A stretch of DNA of 64,000 nucleotides, taken from contig JAPDFW010000105.1 of assembly GCA_028826165.1 (NCBI GenBank), positions 151,468-215,467 of the forward strand. The letters run 5' to 3'. A program made the translations under genes and the position numbers. The notes under the pieces were generated by a model. It had not been told where the DNA came from. It did not search any database and saw only the letters and a program-made list of their open reading frames with translations. The first letter of the stretch is position 1. Every line of letters starts with the position of its first letter. Of this stretch, positions 50,601 to 62,840 are shown piece by piece. Origin of the DNA: Anaeramoeba ignava BMAN. Its lineage: Eukaryota > Protista > Anaeramoebae.

Positions 50601-53259
50601 AAATCAAAATAAAACAATTTTACATTATGTTTGCCAAAACAATCCATCAATAGAAGTTATTGAATATTTTATTTCAAAAGGAATTAATCTTAATTCCAAA
50701 ACAAACCAAAATCAAACAGTTTTACATTTTGCTTGCCAATACAATCCATCTTTGGAAGTTATTAAATATCTTATTGAAAAAGGAATTGATATTAATGAAA
50801 AAACAGATCAAAATCAAACAGCTTTACATTTAGCTTGTAATTATAACTCATCAATTGAAATTATTAAATATCTTGTTGAAAAAGGAATTGATATTAATGC
50901 TAAAACAAGTTATGGTCAAAATGCTTTACATTTATCTTGCCAAAACAGCTCCTCTTTTGAAGTTATTAAATATCTTGTTGAAAAAGGAATTGATATTAAT
51001 GCTAAAACAGATCAAAATCAAACACTTTTGCATTTAGCTTGTAATTATAATCCCTCTTTAGAGTTATTAAATATCTTGTTGAAAAAGGAATTGATATTAA
51101 TGCTAAAACAAGTTATAATCAAAATGCTTTACATTTAGCTTGCCAAAACAATTCCTCTTTTGAAGTTATTAAATATCTTATTGAAAAAGGAATTGATATT
51201 AATGCTAAAAACAAATCAAAATGAAACAGCTTTACATTTAGTTTGCCAATCAAATCCATCTTTGGAAGTTATTCAATTTCTTGTTGAAAAAGGAATTGAT
51301 ATTAATGCAAAAACAAGTTATAATCAGACAGTTTTACATTTAATTTGTCAAAACAATCCATCAGTTGAAATTATCAAATATCTTGTTGAAAAGGGAATTG
51401 ATATTAATGAAAAAACATACCAAAACCAAACATTTTTACATTTAGCTTGTCAAAACAACCCATCAGTAGAAGTTATTAAATATCTTGTTGAAAAAGGAAT
51501 TGATATTAATACTAAAACAACTTATGGTCAAACAGCTTTACATTTAGCTTGTAATTATAATCTTTCATTTGAAGTTATTAAATATCTTGTTGAAAAAGGA
51601 ATTGATATTAATGCAAAAACAACTCAAAATCAAACAGTTTTACATATAATATTTCAATATCATCCATCATTTGAGGTTATCAAATTTATTGTTGAAAAAG
51701 GAATTGATATTAATGTTAAGACAGATCAAAACCAAACAGCTTTACATTTAGCTTGCCAATACAATTCCTCAATAGAAGTTATTAAATATCTTATTGAAAA
51801 AGGAATTTATATTAATACCAAAACAGATCAAAACCAAACAGCTTTACATTTAGCTTGCCAAAACAATTCCTCAATAGAAGTTATTAAATATCTTGTTGAA
51901 AAAGGAATTGATATCAATCAAAAAACAAATTACAATCAAACAGCTTTACATTTAGCTTGCCAAAACAATTCCTCAATAGAAGTTATTAAATATCTTGTTG
52001 AAAAAGGAATTGATATTAATGCAAAAACAAATCAAAATGAAACAGTTTTACATTTAGCTTGCCAATCCAATTCCTCATTTGAAGTTATCAAATATCTTGT
52101 TGAAAAAGGAATTGATATTAATGCAAAAACGAAAAATAATGAAACTGCTTTACATTTTGCATGTCAAACAAATTCTTCACTTGAAATTATCAAATATCTT
52201 GTTGAAAAAGGAATTGATATTAATGAAAAAACAGATCGAAATCAAACAGTTTTACATATTGCATGTCAATACAATTTATCAAATGGAGTTATTGAATATT
52301 TAATTTACAAAGGAATTGATATTAATGCTAAATCAAATCAAAATGAAACTGCTCTTTCAATTTCAATTCAAAGAAATAATTTTAATATAGTTAAAATTTT
52401 ATTACAAAATGAAGTAAATATTTATGATTTACAAGAAAATGAAATTAAAAAAGAATTTATTGATTCATTTATTCAAATTTATTCACTTAATCATGATTTA
52501 AACAATTTATTAAATTCAAATGATAATTTTTCAGATTTAGAAATTAAATCAATTGATGGATTTAAATTTAAAGTTCATAAATTAATTTTATTAACAAGAT
52601 TTGATAATAATAATTTAATTTTACAAAAATTTATTAATAATTGTTCTCAAAAAACCAAAGAAGAAATTAAAATTATTATTAATTTCATTTATACTGGATT
52701 TCCTGATTTTGAAAACATTATTAAAATATTAAATCAACAAATGAATAAAAATTTAAAAGAAAATCAAAATCAAAATCAAAATCAAATCAGAAGAAGATTA
52801 AGAATAAGAAAAATTAAAGAAGAAAATGAAAAAAGAATATTTAAAGAAATTGAAGAAAATGAAAAGAAAATAAATGAATTTTTTAAAGAAATTGAAATTG
52901 ATTCAAAATGGATTGAAAACAAAAAAAGAAGAAAAGGAATAATAAAAGATTTATCAAAATTATATGAAGAAAATGAAACAAAAGATTTCATAATAATTTC
53001 AGAAGAAAAAGAAATTAAAGTTCATAAATTAATATTATTTACCAGAAGTGAATTATTTAAAGGAATGTTTTTAAGTGTTTCAGATTCATCAAATCAAGTT
53101 CATGATTATTCAAGAAAATCAAATGAATCAATTCAACAATTAATTTATTTTCTTTATCATGATAAATTTGAAAAAGAAATTAATTCCAAAATTATTGAAG
53201 AACTTGAAGAATTAAAAGATTTTTATCAATTAAATCAAAATTCAAAATTTTTCATTTAA
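47630..53259 (+). CDS. ANK-BTB-BTB array copy D (about 46 repeats); several frameshifts (near 47855, 47970, 48170, 48740, 51063, 51208); gene or pseudogene
   Basis: Same N-cap and C-terminal module; ankyrin coding continues across frames. Confidence 0.8.
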
Positions 53260-53345
53260 AATTTAAAAAACAAAAACTATTAAAACAAATTTCCAAAAAA
53301 AAAAATTTATTTTTTTCATTTTTCATTTTTCATTTTTTTAATAAA

Positions 53346-56300
53346 ATGAATATTTTTGAAATTATTTCAAAAAAAGAAATTTCTAAATTAAAAGAAATTA
53401 AAAACATTTCAGAAAAAGAAATAAAAGAAAAAATTAAAATAATTAAATTTTCATTTCAAAAAAAAGTTTCAAAAGAAATTATTGAAATATTAATTTCCAA
53501 AGGAATATCAATTAATTTAAAAGATAAAAAAGGAAGAAATTTAATACATTTAGCAATTAAAAACAAAACAGAAATTGAAATTATTGAATATTTAATTTCA
53601 AAAGGAATTGATATTAAAGAAAAAACGAATCAAAATGAAACTGTTTTACATTTTGCTTGTAAATCAAATTCAATTGAAGTTATTGAATATTTAATTTCTA
53701 AAGGAATTGATATTAAAGAAAAAACAAATCAAAATGAAAATGTTTTACATTATGCATGTAAAAATAATTCAATTCAAGTTATTGAATATTTAATTTCAAA
53801 AGGAATTAATATTAATTCAAAAGCAAATCAAAATGAAACTGTTCTACATTATGCTTGTCAATCAAATTCAATTCAAGTTATTGAATATTTAATTTCAAAA
53901 GGAATTGATATTAATTCAAAAACAAAACAAAATCAAACAGTTTTACATTTTGCTTGTCAATCAAATTCAATTCAAGTTATTAAATATCTTATAGAAAAAG
54001 GAATTGATATTAATGAAAAAACAAATCAAAATGAAAATGTTTTACATTTTGCATGTAAAAAGAATTCAATTCAAGTTATTAAATATCTTATTGAAAAAGG
54101 AATTAATATTAATGCAAAAACAAATCAAAATCAAACTGTTTTACATTTAGTTTGCCAAAACAAAAACAATTCTCTTCAAATTATAGAATATTTAATTTCT
54201 AAAGGAATTAATATTAATTCAAAAACAACTCAAAATGAAACAGTTTTACATTATGCTTGCCACTTTAATTCATCACTTGAAATTATAAAATTATTAGTTG
54301 GAAAAGGAATTGATATTAATACAAAAACAAGTTATTGCCAAACAGCTTTACATTTAGCTTGCCAATATAATACAATAGAAGTTATTAAATATCTTATTGA
54401 AAAAGGAGTTGATATTAATTCAAAAACAAATCAAAATGAAACAGTTTTACATTATGCTTGCCAAAACGAAAATAATTCATCTTTTGAAATTATTAAATAT
54501 CTGATTTCTAAAGGAATTGATATTAATGCAAAAACAAGTTATGGTGAAACTGCTTTATATTATGTTTGTCAAAAAAATTCAAAAGAAGTTATTGAATATT
54601 TAATTTCCAAAGGAGCTGATATTAATGCTAAAACAAATCAAAATCAAACAATTTTGCATTCTGCTTGTCAAAATAATAAATCACTTGAAGTTATTGAATA
54701 TCTTATTGAAAAAGGAATTGATATTAATGCTAAAACAACTCAAAATGAAACAGTTTTACATTCTGCTTGTCAAAATCACAAATCTCTTGAAGTTATTAAA
54801 TATCTTATTGAAAAAGGAGTTGACATTAATTCCAAAACAAATTATAATCAAACTGCTTTACATTTTGCTTGTCAAAATAATAAATCACTTGAAGTTATTG
54901 AATATCTTATTGAAAAAGGAGTTGATATTAATGAAAAATCAAATCAAAATCAAACAGTTTTACATTTAGCATGTCAATATAATCCCTCTTTTGAAATTAT
55001 TGAATATCTTATTTCCAAAGGGGTTTATATTAATGCTAAAACAAACCAAAATGAAACAGCTTTACATTTTGCATGTCAATCTAATTCACCACTTGAGATT
55101 ATTGAATATTTAATTGAAAAAGGAGCTGATATTAACACAAAAACCAAATATGGTCAAACAGCTTTACATTATGCTTGTCAAATCAATCCATCTTTTGAAA
55201 TTATTGAATATCTTGTTTCCAAAGGAGCTGATATTCATGAAAAAACAAATCAAAATCAAACAGTTTTACATTTTGTTTGTCAATCAAATCCAACTATTGA
55301 AATTATTGAATATTTAATTTCCAAAGGAATTGATATTAACGAAAAAACAAATTATGGTCAAACAGCATTTCAATCAGTTTGTCAATCAAATATATCTATT
55401 GAAATGATTGAATATCTTGTTTCTAAAGGAGTTGACATTAAAGAAAAAACAAAACAAAACCAAACTGCTTTACATTTAGTTTGTCAAAGTAACAAATCTA
55501 TTCAAATTATTGAATATCTAATTTCTAAAGGAATTGATATTAATGCAAGAACAAACCAAGATCAAACAGTTTTACATTTAATTTGTCAATCAAATCCATC
55601 TATTGAAATGATTGAATATTTAATTTCCAAAGGAGCTGATATTAATGCAAAAACAAATCAAAACCAAAATGTTTTACATTATGCTTGCCAATCAAATCCA
55701 TCAATTGAAATTATTGAATATTTAATTTCCAAAGGAATTGATATTAATTCCAAAACAACTTATGGATATAATGTTTTACATTTTTTTTGTCAAAGTAATT
55801 CATCACTTGAAATTATTAAATTCTTAATTTCCAAAGGAGTTGATATCAATGAAAAAACAAATCAAAATGAAACAGTTTTACATTTTGTTTGTCAAGGAAA
55901 TCCATCAATCGAAGTTATTAAATATTTAATTGAAAAAGGAGCTGATATTAATACCAAAACAAATTATGGTCAAACAGCTTTACATTATATTTGCCAATAC
56001 AATCCATCAATAGAAGTTATTGAATATCTTATTGAAAAAGGAATTAATATTAATGCTAAAACAGATCAAAATGAAACAGCTTTACATTTAGCATGTCAAA
56101 ACAATCCATCAATAGAAGTTATTGAATATTTAATTTCCAAAGGAGCTGATATTGATGCAAGAACAAATCAAAATCAAACAGTTTTACATTATGCTTGCCA
56201 ATACAATCCATCAATAGAATTGATTGAATATTTAATTTCCAAAGGAGCTGATCTTACTGCCAAAACAGATCAAAATCAAAATCTTTTACATTATGCTTGC

Positions 56301-59300
56301 CAATATAATTCATCATTAGAATTCATTAAATTTCTTGTTTCTAAAGGAATTGATATTACTGCAAAAACTACTAATAAACAAACAACCTTACATTTTGTAT
56401 GCCAAAGAAATTCACCAATTGAAGTTATTGAATATTTAATTTCAAAAGGAATTGATATTAATGCAAAAACAGATAGAAATCAAACACCTTTACATTTCGC
56501 ATGTCAAAGTAATTCATCATTAGAACTTATTGAATATTTAATTTCCAAAGGAGCTGATATTAATGCCAAAACAAATCAAAAGTCAAAGTGTTTTACATTT
56601 AGCTTGCCAATATAATTCATCATTAGAACTTATTGAATATTTAATTTCCAAAGGAGTTGATATTAATTCCAAAACAAATTATGATCAAACAGTTTTACAT
56701 TATATTTGCCAATCAAATCCATCAATTGATATTATCAAATTTTTAATTTCCAAAGGAGTTGATATTAATGCCAAAACAAGTCAAAACCAAACTGCTTTAC
56801 ATTATTCTTGTCAATCTAATTCATCAATAGAAGTTATTGAATATTTAATTTCCAAAGGAATTGATATTCATGCCAAAACAAATCAAAACGAAACTGCTTT
56901 ACATTTTGCATGTCAATCTAATCCATCATTTGAAATTGTTGATTACTTAATTTCCAAAGGGATTGATGTTAATGAAAAAACAAATTATGGTCAAACACCT
57001 TTACATTTTGCATGCCAATCAAATGCTTCTCTTCAAATATTAGAACTATTAGTTTCTGAAGGAGCTGATATTAATGTCAAAACAAATTACAATCAAAGTG
57101 CTTTACATTTCGCATGTCAATCAAGCCCATCACTTGAAGTTATTGAATACTTAATTTCCAAAGGAGCTGATATTAATTCAAAAACAGATCAAAACGAAAC
57201 ACCTTTACATTATATATGTAGAAACAATCCATCATTAGAAATTATTAAATATTTAATTTCCAAAGGAGCTGATATTAATGCCAAAACAGATCAAAATCAA
57301 ACAATTTTACATTTTGCTTGTAATTACAACCCATCAATACAAATTATTGAATATTTAATTGAAAAAGGAATTGATATTAATGCAAGAACAAATCAAAATC
57401 AAACAGCTTTACATTTAGTTTGCCAATACAATCCATCAATATCAATTATTGAATATTTAATTTCCAAAGGAATTGATATTGATGCAAGAACAGATCAAAA
57501 CCAAACAGCTTTACATTATATTTGTCAAAACAATTCATCTCTTGATATTATTCAATATCTTGTTGAAAAAGGAGCTGATATTAATGCTAAAACAAATGAA
57601 AATCAAACAATTTTACATTATGTTTGTCAATACAACTCATCATTTGAAATTATTGAATATTTGATTGAAAAAGGAGCTGATATTAATGCCAAAACAAATC
57701 AAAATGAAACAGTTTTACATTTTGCATGTCATTACAATCCATCAATAGAAATTATTGAATTATTAATTTCCAAAGGAATTGATATTAATGCAAAAACAAA
57801 TAATGGTCAAACAGCTTTATATTACGCTTGTAATTACAATTCCTCAATCGAAATTATCAAATATCTTATTGAAAAAGGAGCTGATATTAATGCCAAAACA
57901 GATCAAAATCAAACAATTTTACACATACTTTCTCGATATCATCCATCATTAGAAACAATTGAATATTTGATTTCCAAAGGAATTGATATTAATGCTAAAA
58001 CAAATCAAAATCAAACAGTTTTACATTTTGTATGTCAAAACAATCCATCAATAGAAACAATTGAATATTTAATCGAAAAAGGAGCTGATATTAATATCAA
58101 AACAAATCAAAATGAAACTATTCTACATTATTCTTGCAGAAATAATCCATCTCTAGAAGTTATCAAATATTTGATTTACAAAGGAATTGATATTAATGAA
58201 AAAACAACTTATGGTCAAACACCTTTACATTATGCTTGTCAATACAATTCACCATTGAAATTATTGAATATTTAATTTCCAAAGGAGCTGATATTAATAT
58301 CAAAACAGATCAAAATGAAAATGTTTTACATTTTGCTTGCCAAAGTAATTCATCAATAAGTATTATTAAATTATTGATTTTCAAAGGAATTGATATTAAT
58401 GCAAAAACAAATCAAAACGAAACTGCTTTACATTTAGCATGTAGAAGTAATTCATCTTTTGGAATTATTAAATATCTTATTGAAAAAGGAATTGATATTA
58501 ATGCTAAATCAAATCAAAATGAAACTGCTCTTTCAATTTCAATTCAAAGAAATAATTTTAATACAGTTAAAATTTTATTACAAAATGAAGTAGATATTTA
58601 TGATTTACAAGAAAATGAAATTAAAAAAGAATTTATTGATTCATTTATTCAAATTTATTCACTTAATTATGATTTAAACAATTTATTAAATTCAAATGAT
58701 AATTTTTCAGATTTCACAATTAAATCAATTGATGGATTTAAATTTAAAATTCATAAATTAATTTTATTAACAAGATTTGATAATAATAATTTAATTTTAC
58801 AAAAATTTATTGATAATTGTTATCAAAAACCAAAGAAGAAATTAAATTTATTATTAATTTCATTTATACTGGATTTCCTGATTTTGAAAAAATTATTGAA
58901 ATATTAAATCAACAAATGAATAAAAATTTAAAAGAAAATGAAAACCAAAATCGAAATAGATATTATTGGGGAGTAAGAGAATTTAAAGAAGAAAAAAGAA
59001 TATTAAAAGAAATTGAAGAAAATGAAAATAAAATAAAAGAATTTTTTAAAGAAATTGGAATTGAAATTGAAAATAAAAAAAGAAGAAAAGGAATAATAAA
59101 TGATTTATCAAAATTATATCAACAAAATGAAACAAAAGATTTCATAATAATTTCAGAAGAAAAAGAAATTAAAGTTCATAAATTAATATTATTCACAAGA
59201 AGTGAATTATTTAAAGGAATGTTTTTAAGTGTTTCAGATTCATCAAATCAAGTTCATGATTATTCAAGAAAATCCAATGAATCAATTCAACAATTAATTT

Positions 59301-59422
59301 ATTTTCTTTATCATGATAAATTTGAAAAAGAAATTAGTGAATTTAATTCCAAAATTATTGAAGAAGTTGAAGAATTAAAAGATTTTTATCAATTAAATAA
59401 GAATTCAAAATTTTTCATTTAA
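53346..59422 (+). CDS. ANK-BTB-BTB array copy E (about 50 repeats, divergent N-cap); frameshifts near 56580, 58250 and 58828
   Basis: ORFs 53346-56615, 56563-58275, 58236-58907 and 58817-59422 overlap consecutively and end in the shared BTB module. Confidence 0.82.
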
Positions 59423-59517
59423 AATTTAAAATTAAAAAATTAAAAAATTTAATTTGGAAAAGGTTTTATAATTTGTTTTAAAGTTTTTTTTTTTGAAAGA
59501 AAAAAAGAAAAAGAAGA

Positions 59518-61988
59518 TTATAATTTGGAATATTCAAGTTTAGTTTCAAGACCTTTAACATCACTAATCTTTCTTGCAGCTTTCATAAAATCTTCTTGAA
59601 TAGCGTAGTCTCTATCATCTCTTAAAGCGAACATACCAGCTTCAGTGCAAACATTTCTCAAGTCAGCGCCATTAAAACCATCAGTCAAACGAACAACAGC
59701 CTCATAATCAATTTCTCCATGCTTATTAAGAACAGAAGCATGAATTTTCAATATTTCAAGTCTTCCTTGTTCGTTTGGTAACGGAATTTCAATTTTCCTA
59801 TCTAATCTTCCTGGGCGTAATAAAGCTGGATCTAAAACGTCTGGTCGATTTGTTGCCATGATTATTTTCACTCTTTCCAATTTAGTAAATCCGTCAAGTT
59901 GATTTAGTAATTCCATCAATGTTCTTTGGATTTCTCGATCTGATGATGATCCATCTGAGTATCTTTTTCCTCCTATTGCATCGATTTCATCCATAAATAT
60001 TACGCATGGTTGATGATCTCGTGCGTATGCAAACATTTCTCTTATCATTCGTGAACTTTCTCCTATGTATTTATCTACTATGGAGCTTGATACTACTTTG
60101 AGAAAGTTTGCTTCGATTTGATTTGCTACTGCTCTTGCGAGTAGTGTCTTTTATATTTTATATAAATTTTTATATAAATTTTTATATAAATTTTAAATAT
60201 GAATTTTTATATAAATTTTAAATATGAATTTAATTATGAATTTAATTATGAATTATTTTGAATTTTGATTTGAGTTTTTATTTGAATTTTAATTATAAAT
60301 TTTATTTTAAATTTAATTATAAATTTAATTATGGATTTAGTTATAAATTTAATTATAAATTTTATTATAAATTTAATTATAAATTTAATTATAAATTTAA
60401 TTATAAATATAATTATAAATATAATTATAAATTTAATTATAAATTTTGTTATAAATTTTTAAATATGAATTTAATTATAGGTTTAATTATAAATTGTTTG
60501 AATTTAATTATAAATTTTGTTATAAATTTTGTTATAAATTTAATTATAAATTTTGTTTGAATTTTAATTATAAATTTAATTATAAATTTAATTATAAATT
60601 TAATTATAAATTTAATTATAAATTTTTATTATAAATTTAATTATAAATTTAATTATAAATTTGATTTAAATTTAATTATAAATTTTAATTGTTTTAAATT
60701 TAATTATAAATTTAATTATAAATTTAATTATAAAATATATATTTAAATTTTTATATAAATTATTTTAATTTTGATTTAAATTTTGATTTAAATTTAATTA
60801 TAAATTTAATTATAAATTTTGTTATAAATTTTAATTATAAATTTAATTATAAATTTTAGTTATAAATTTAATTATAAATTTAATTATAAATTTAATTATA
60901 AATTTAATTATAAATTTAATTATAAATTTAATTATAAATTTAATTATAAATTTAATTATAAATTTTTATATAAATTATTTGAATTTTGATTTAAATTTAA
61001 TTATAAATTTAATTATAAATATAATTATAAATTTAATTATAAATTTAATTATAAATTTAATTATAAATTTAATTATAAATTTATTTATAAATTTAATTAT
61101 AAATTTAATTATAAATTTAATTATAAATTTAATTATAAATTTAATTATAAATTTAATTATAAATTTAATTATAAATTTAATTATAAATTTAATTATAAAT
61201 TTAATTATAAATTTAATTATAAATTTAATTATAAATTTAATTATAAATTTTGTTATAAATTTAATTATAAATTTAGTTATAAATTTTGTTATAAATTTAA
61301 ATTATAAATTTAATTATAAATTTAATTATAAATTTTAATTATAAATTTTAATTATAAATTTAATTATAAATTTTGTTATAAATTTAATTATAAATTTTGT
61401 TATAAATTTTAATTTGAATTTTGATTTGGAAACAAAAAATACCTTTCCAGTACCAGGAGGACCATATAAAAGAACACCTTTAGGGGGTAAAATACCGACT
61501 CTATCGAAAATTTCAGGATTTTTCAAAGGCAACTCAACAACTTCTCTAAGTTCTCTAATTTGAGAAGAAAGACCACCGACGTCTGAATATTTAATCTGAC
61601 CAGGATCTTCATGGAGCATTTTAAAAACAAACGGGTCTACTTCCCGGGGTAGTGGACGCATGATTGTCATAGTCATCATATCGAGCGCAACGCGTGTTCC
61701 CAGTTCAAGTTCGCTTTTGTCTACGCGGTTACGACACCCCACAACATACCGCGGCCCAGTGGATGACTTTACTATATATCTATCCTCGTCAAGTCGCCGC
61801 AGCACATGCCCAATTATCTGCCCCACGCTCTGGAGATTCTTTAAATCTCTTTCGCTTTTTTCATATTCGTTGTTTTGTTTATTTACTTCTTTTCGTTGAT
61901 CTTTTACTCGATCTTCCATTCGTTCATGTTCGATTAATAGCTTTCGATATCTTTCTAATACTTGATTTCTTCTTTGATTTTCATTCAT
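59518..61988 (-). CDS. RPT4: 26S proteasome AAA-ATPase subunit Rpt4 (PSMC6); exons 61988-61443 and 60147-59518
   Basis: [63 protein letters not shown]|[17 protein letters not shown]-like motif, [11 protein letters not shown] and [16 protein letters not shown]. Confidence 0.97.
60148..61442 (-). repeat. 1295-bp intron of 12-bp AAATTTAATTAT satellite
   Basis: GTATTT...AAAAG, phase 0, inside Walker A; same 12-mer as the intron at 13169-14051. Confidence 0.9.
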
Positions 61989-62061
61989 TTTGTTTTTATT
62001 TTTATTTTTAAAAAATGAAAAATGAAAAATGAAAAATGAAAAATGAAAAATAAAAAATGAA

Positions 62062-62840
62062 AAATAAAAAATGGAAATAGATTTAATTTAATTTAATCTT
62101 TAATTTATAAATTAATTTAAAAATATAATTTAATATTTAATTTTATTATTAAAATAATAATTTAATGTTTTATATTTAAATATTTTATTATTTAAATATT
62201 TAACATATAAATATAAAAAATGGAAATAGATTTAATTTAATATTTAATTTATAAATTAATTTAAAAATATAATTTAATATTTAATTTTATGTTTAAAATA
62301 ATAATTTATTGTTTTAAATTTAAATATTTTATTATCTAAATATTTAACATAAAAATATAAAAAATGGAAATAGATTTAATTTAATGTTTTAATTTAATAT
62401 TTAATTTAAATACAATTTAATATGTTTAAAATAATTTATTGTTTTAGATTTAAATATTTTATTATTTAAATATTTAACATAAAAATATAAAAAATGGAAA
62501 TAGATTTAATTTAATATTTAATTTATAAATTAATTTAAAAATATAATTTAATATTTAATTTTATGTTTAAAATAATAATTTAATGTTTTAGATTTAAATA
62601 TTTTATTATTTAAATATTTAACATATAAATATAAAAAATGGAAATAGGTTTAATTTAATATTTAATTTATAAATTAATTTAAAAATATAATTTAATATTT
62701 AATTCCATTATTAAAATAATAATTTAATGTTTTAGATTTAAATATTTTATTATTTAAATATTTAACATATAAATATAAAAAATGAGAATAGATTTAATTT
62801 AATATTTAATTTATAAATTAATTTAAAAATATAAAATAAG
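62062..62840. repeat. Minisatellite: about 5.5 copies of a ~130-150-bp AT-rich unit upstream of RPT4
   Basis: Landmark aaaaaatggaaatagatttaatttaat at about 62066, 62215, 62359, 62489, 62633 and 62777. Confidence 0.88.

Noticed and set aside
38042-57664. Alternate-frame ORFs with LKLLNILLKKELILM repeats as LRR genes
   Set aside because: Shifted-frame shadows of the ankyrin repeats.
60148-61442. Intein at the Walker A GK|T site of RPT4, a classic intein insertion point
   Set aside because: The insert has GT-AG ends, its length is not a multiple of 3, and it contains stops and pure AT satellite. It is a spliceosomal intron.
3960-61988. Functional ubiquitin-proteasome gene cluster (F-box, BTB, UBX, NEMF, RPT4)
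   Set aside because: The genes are interspersed with unrelated ones, and BTB families are probably expanded genome-wide. Clustering cannot be supported without background counts.
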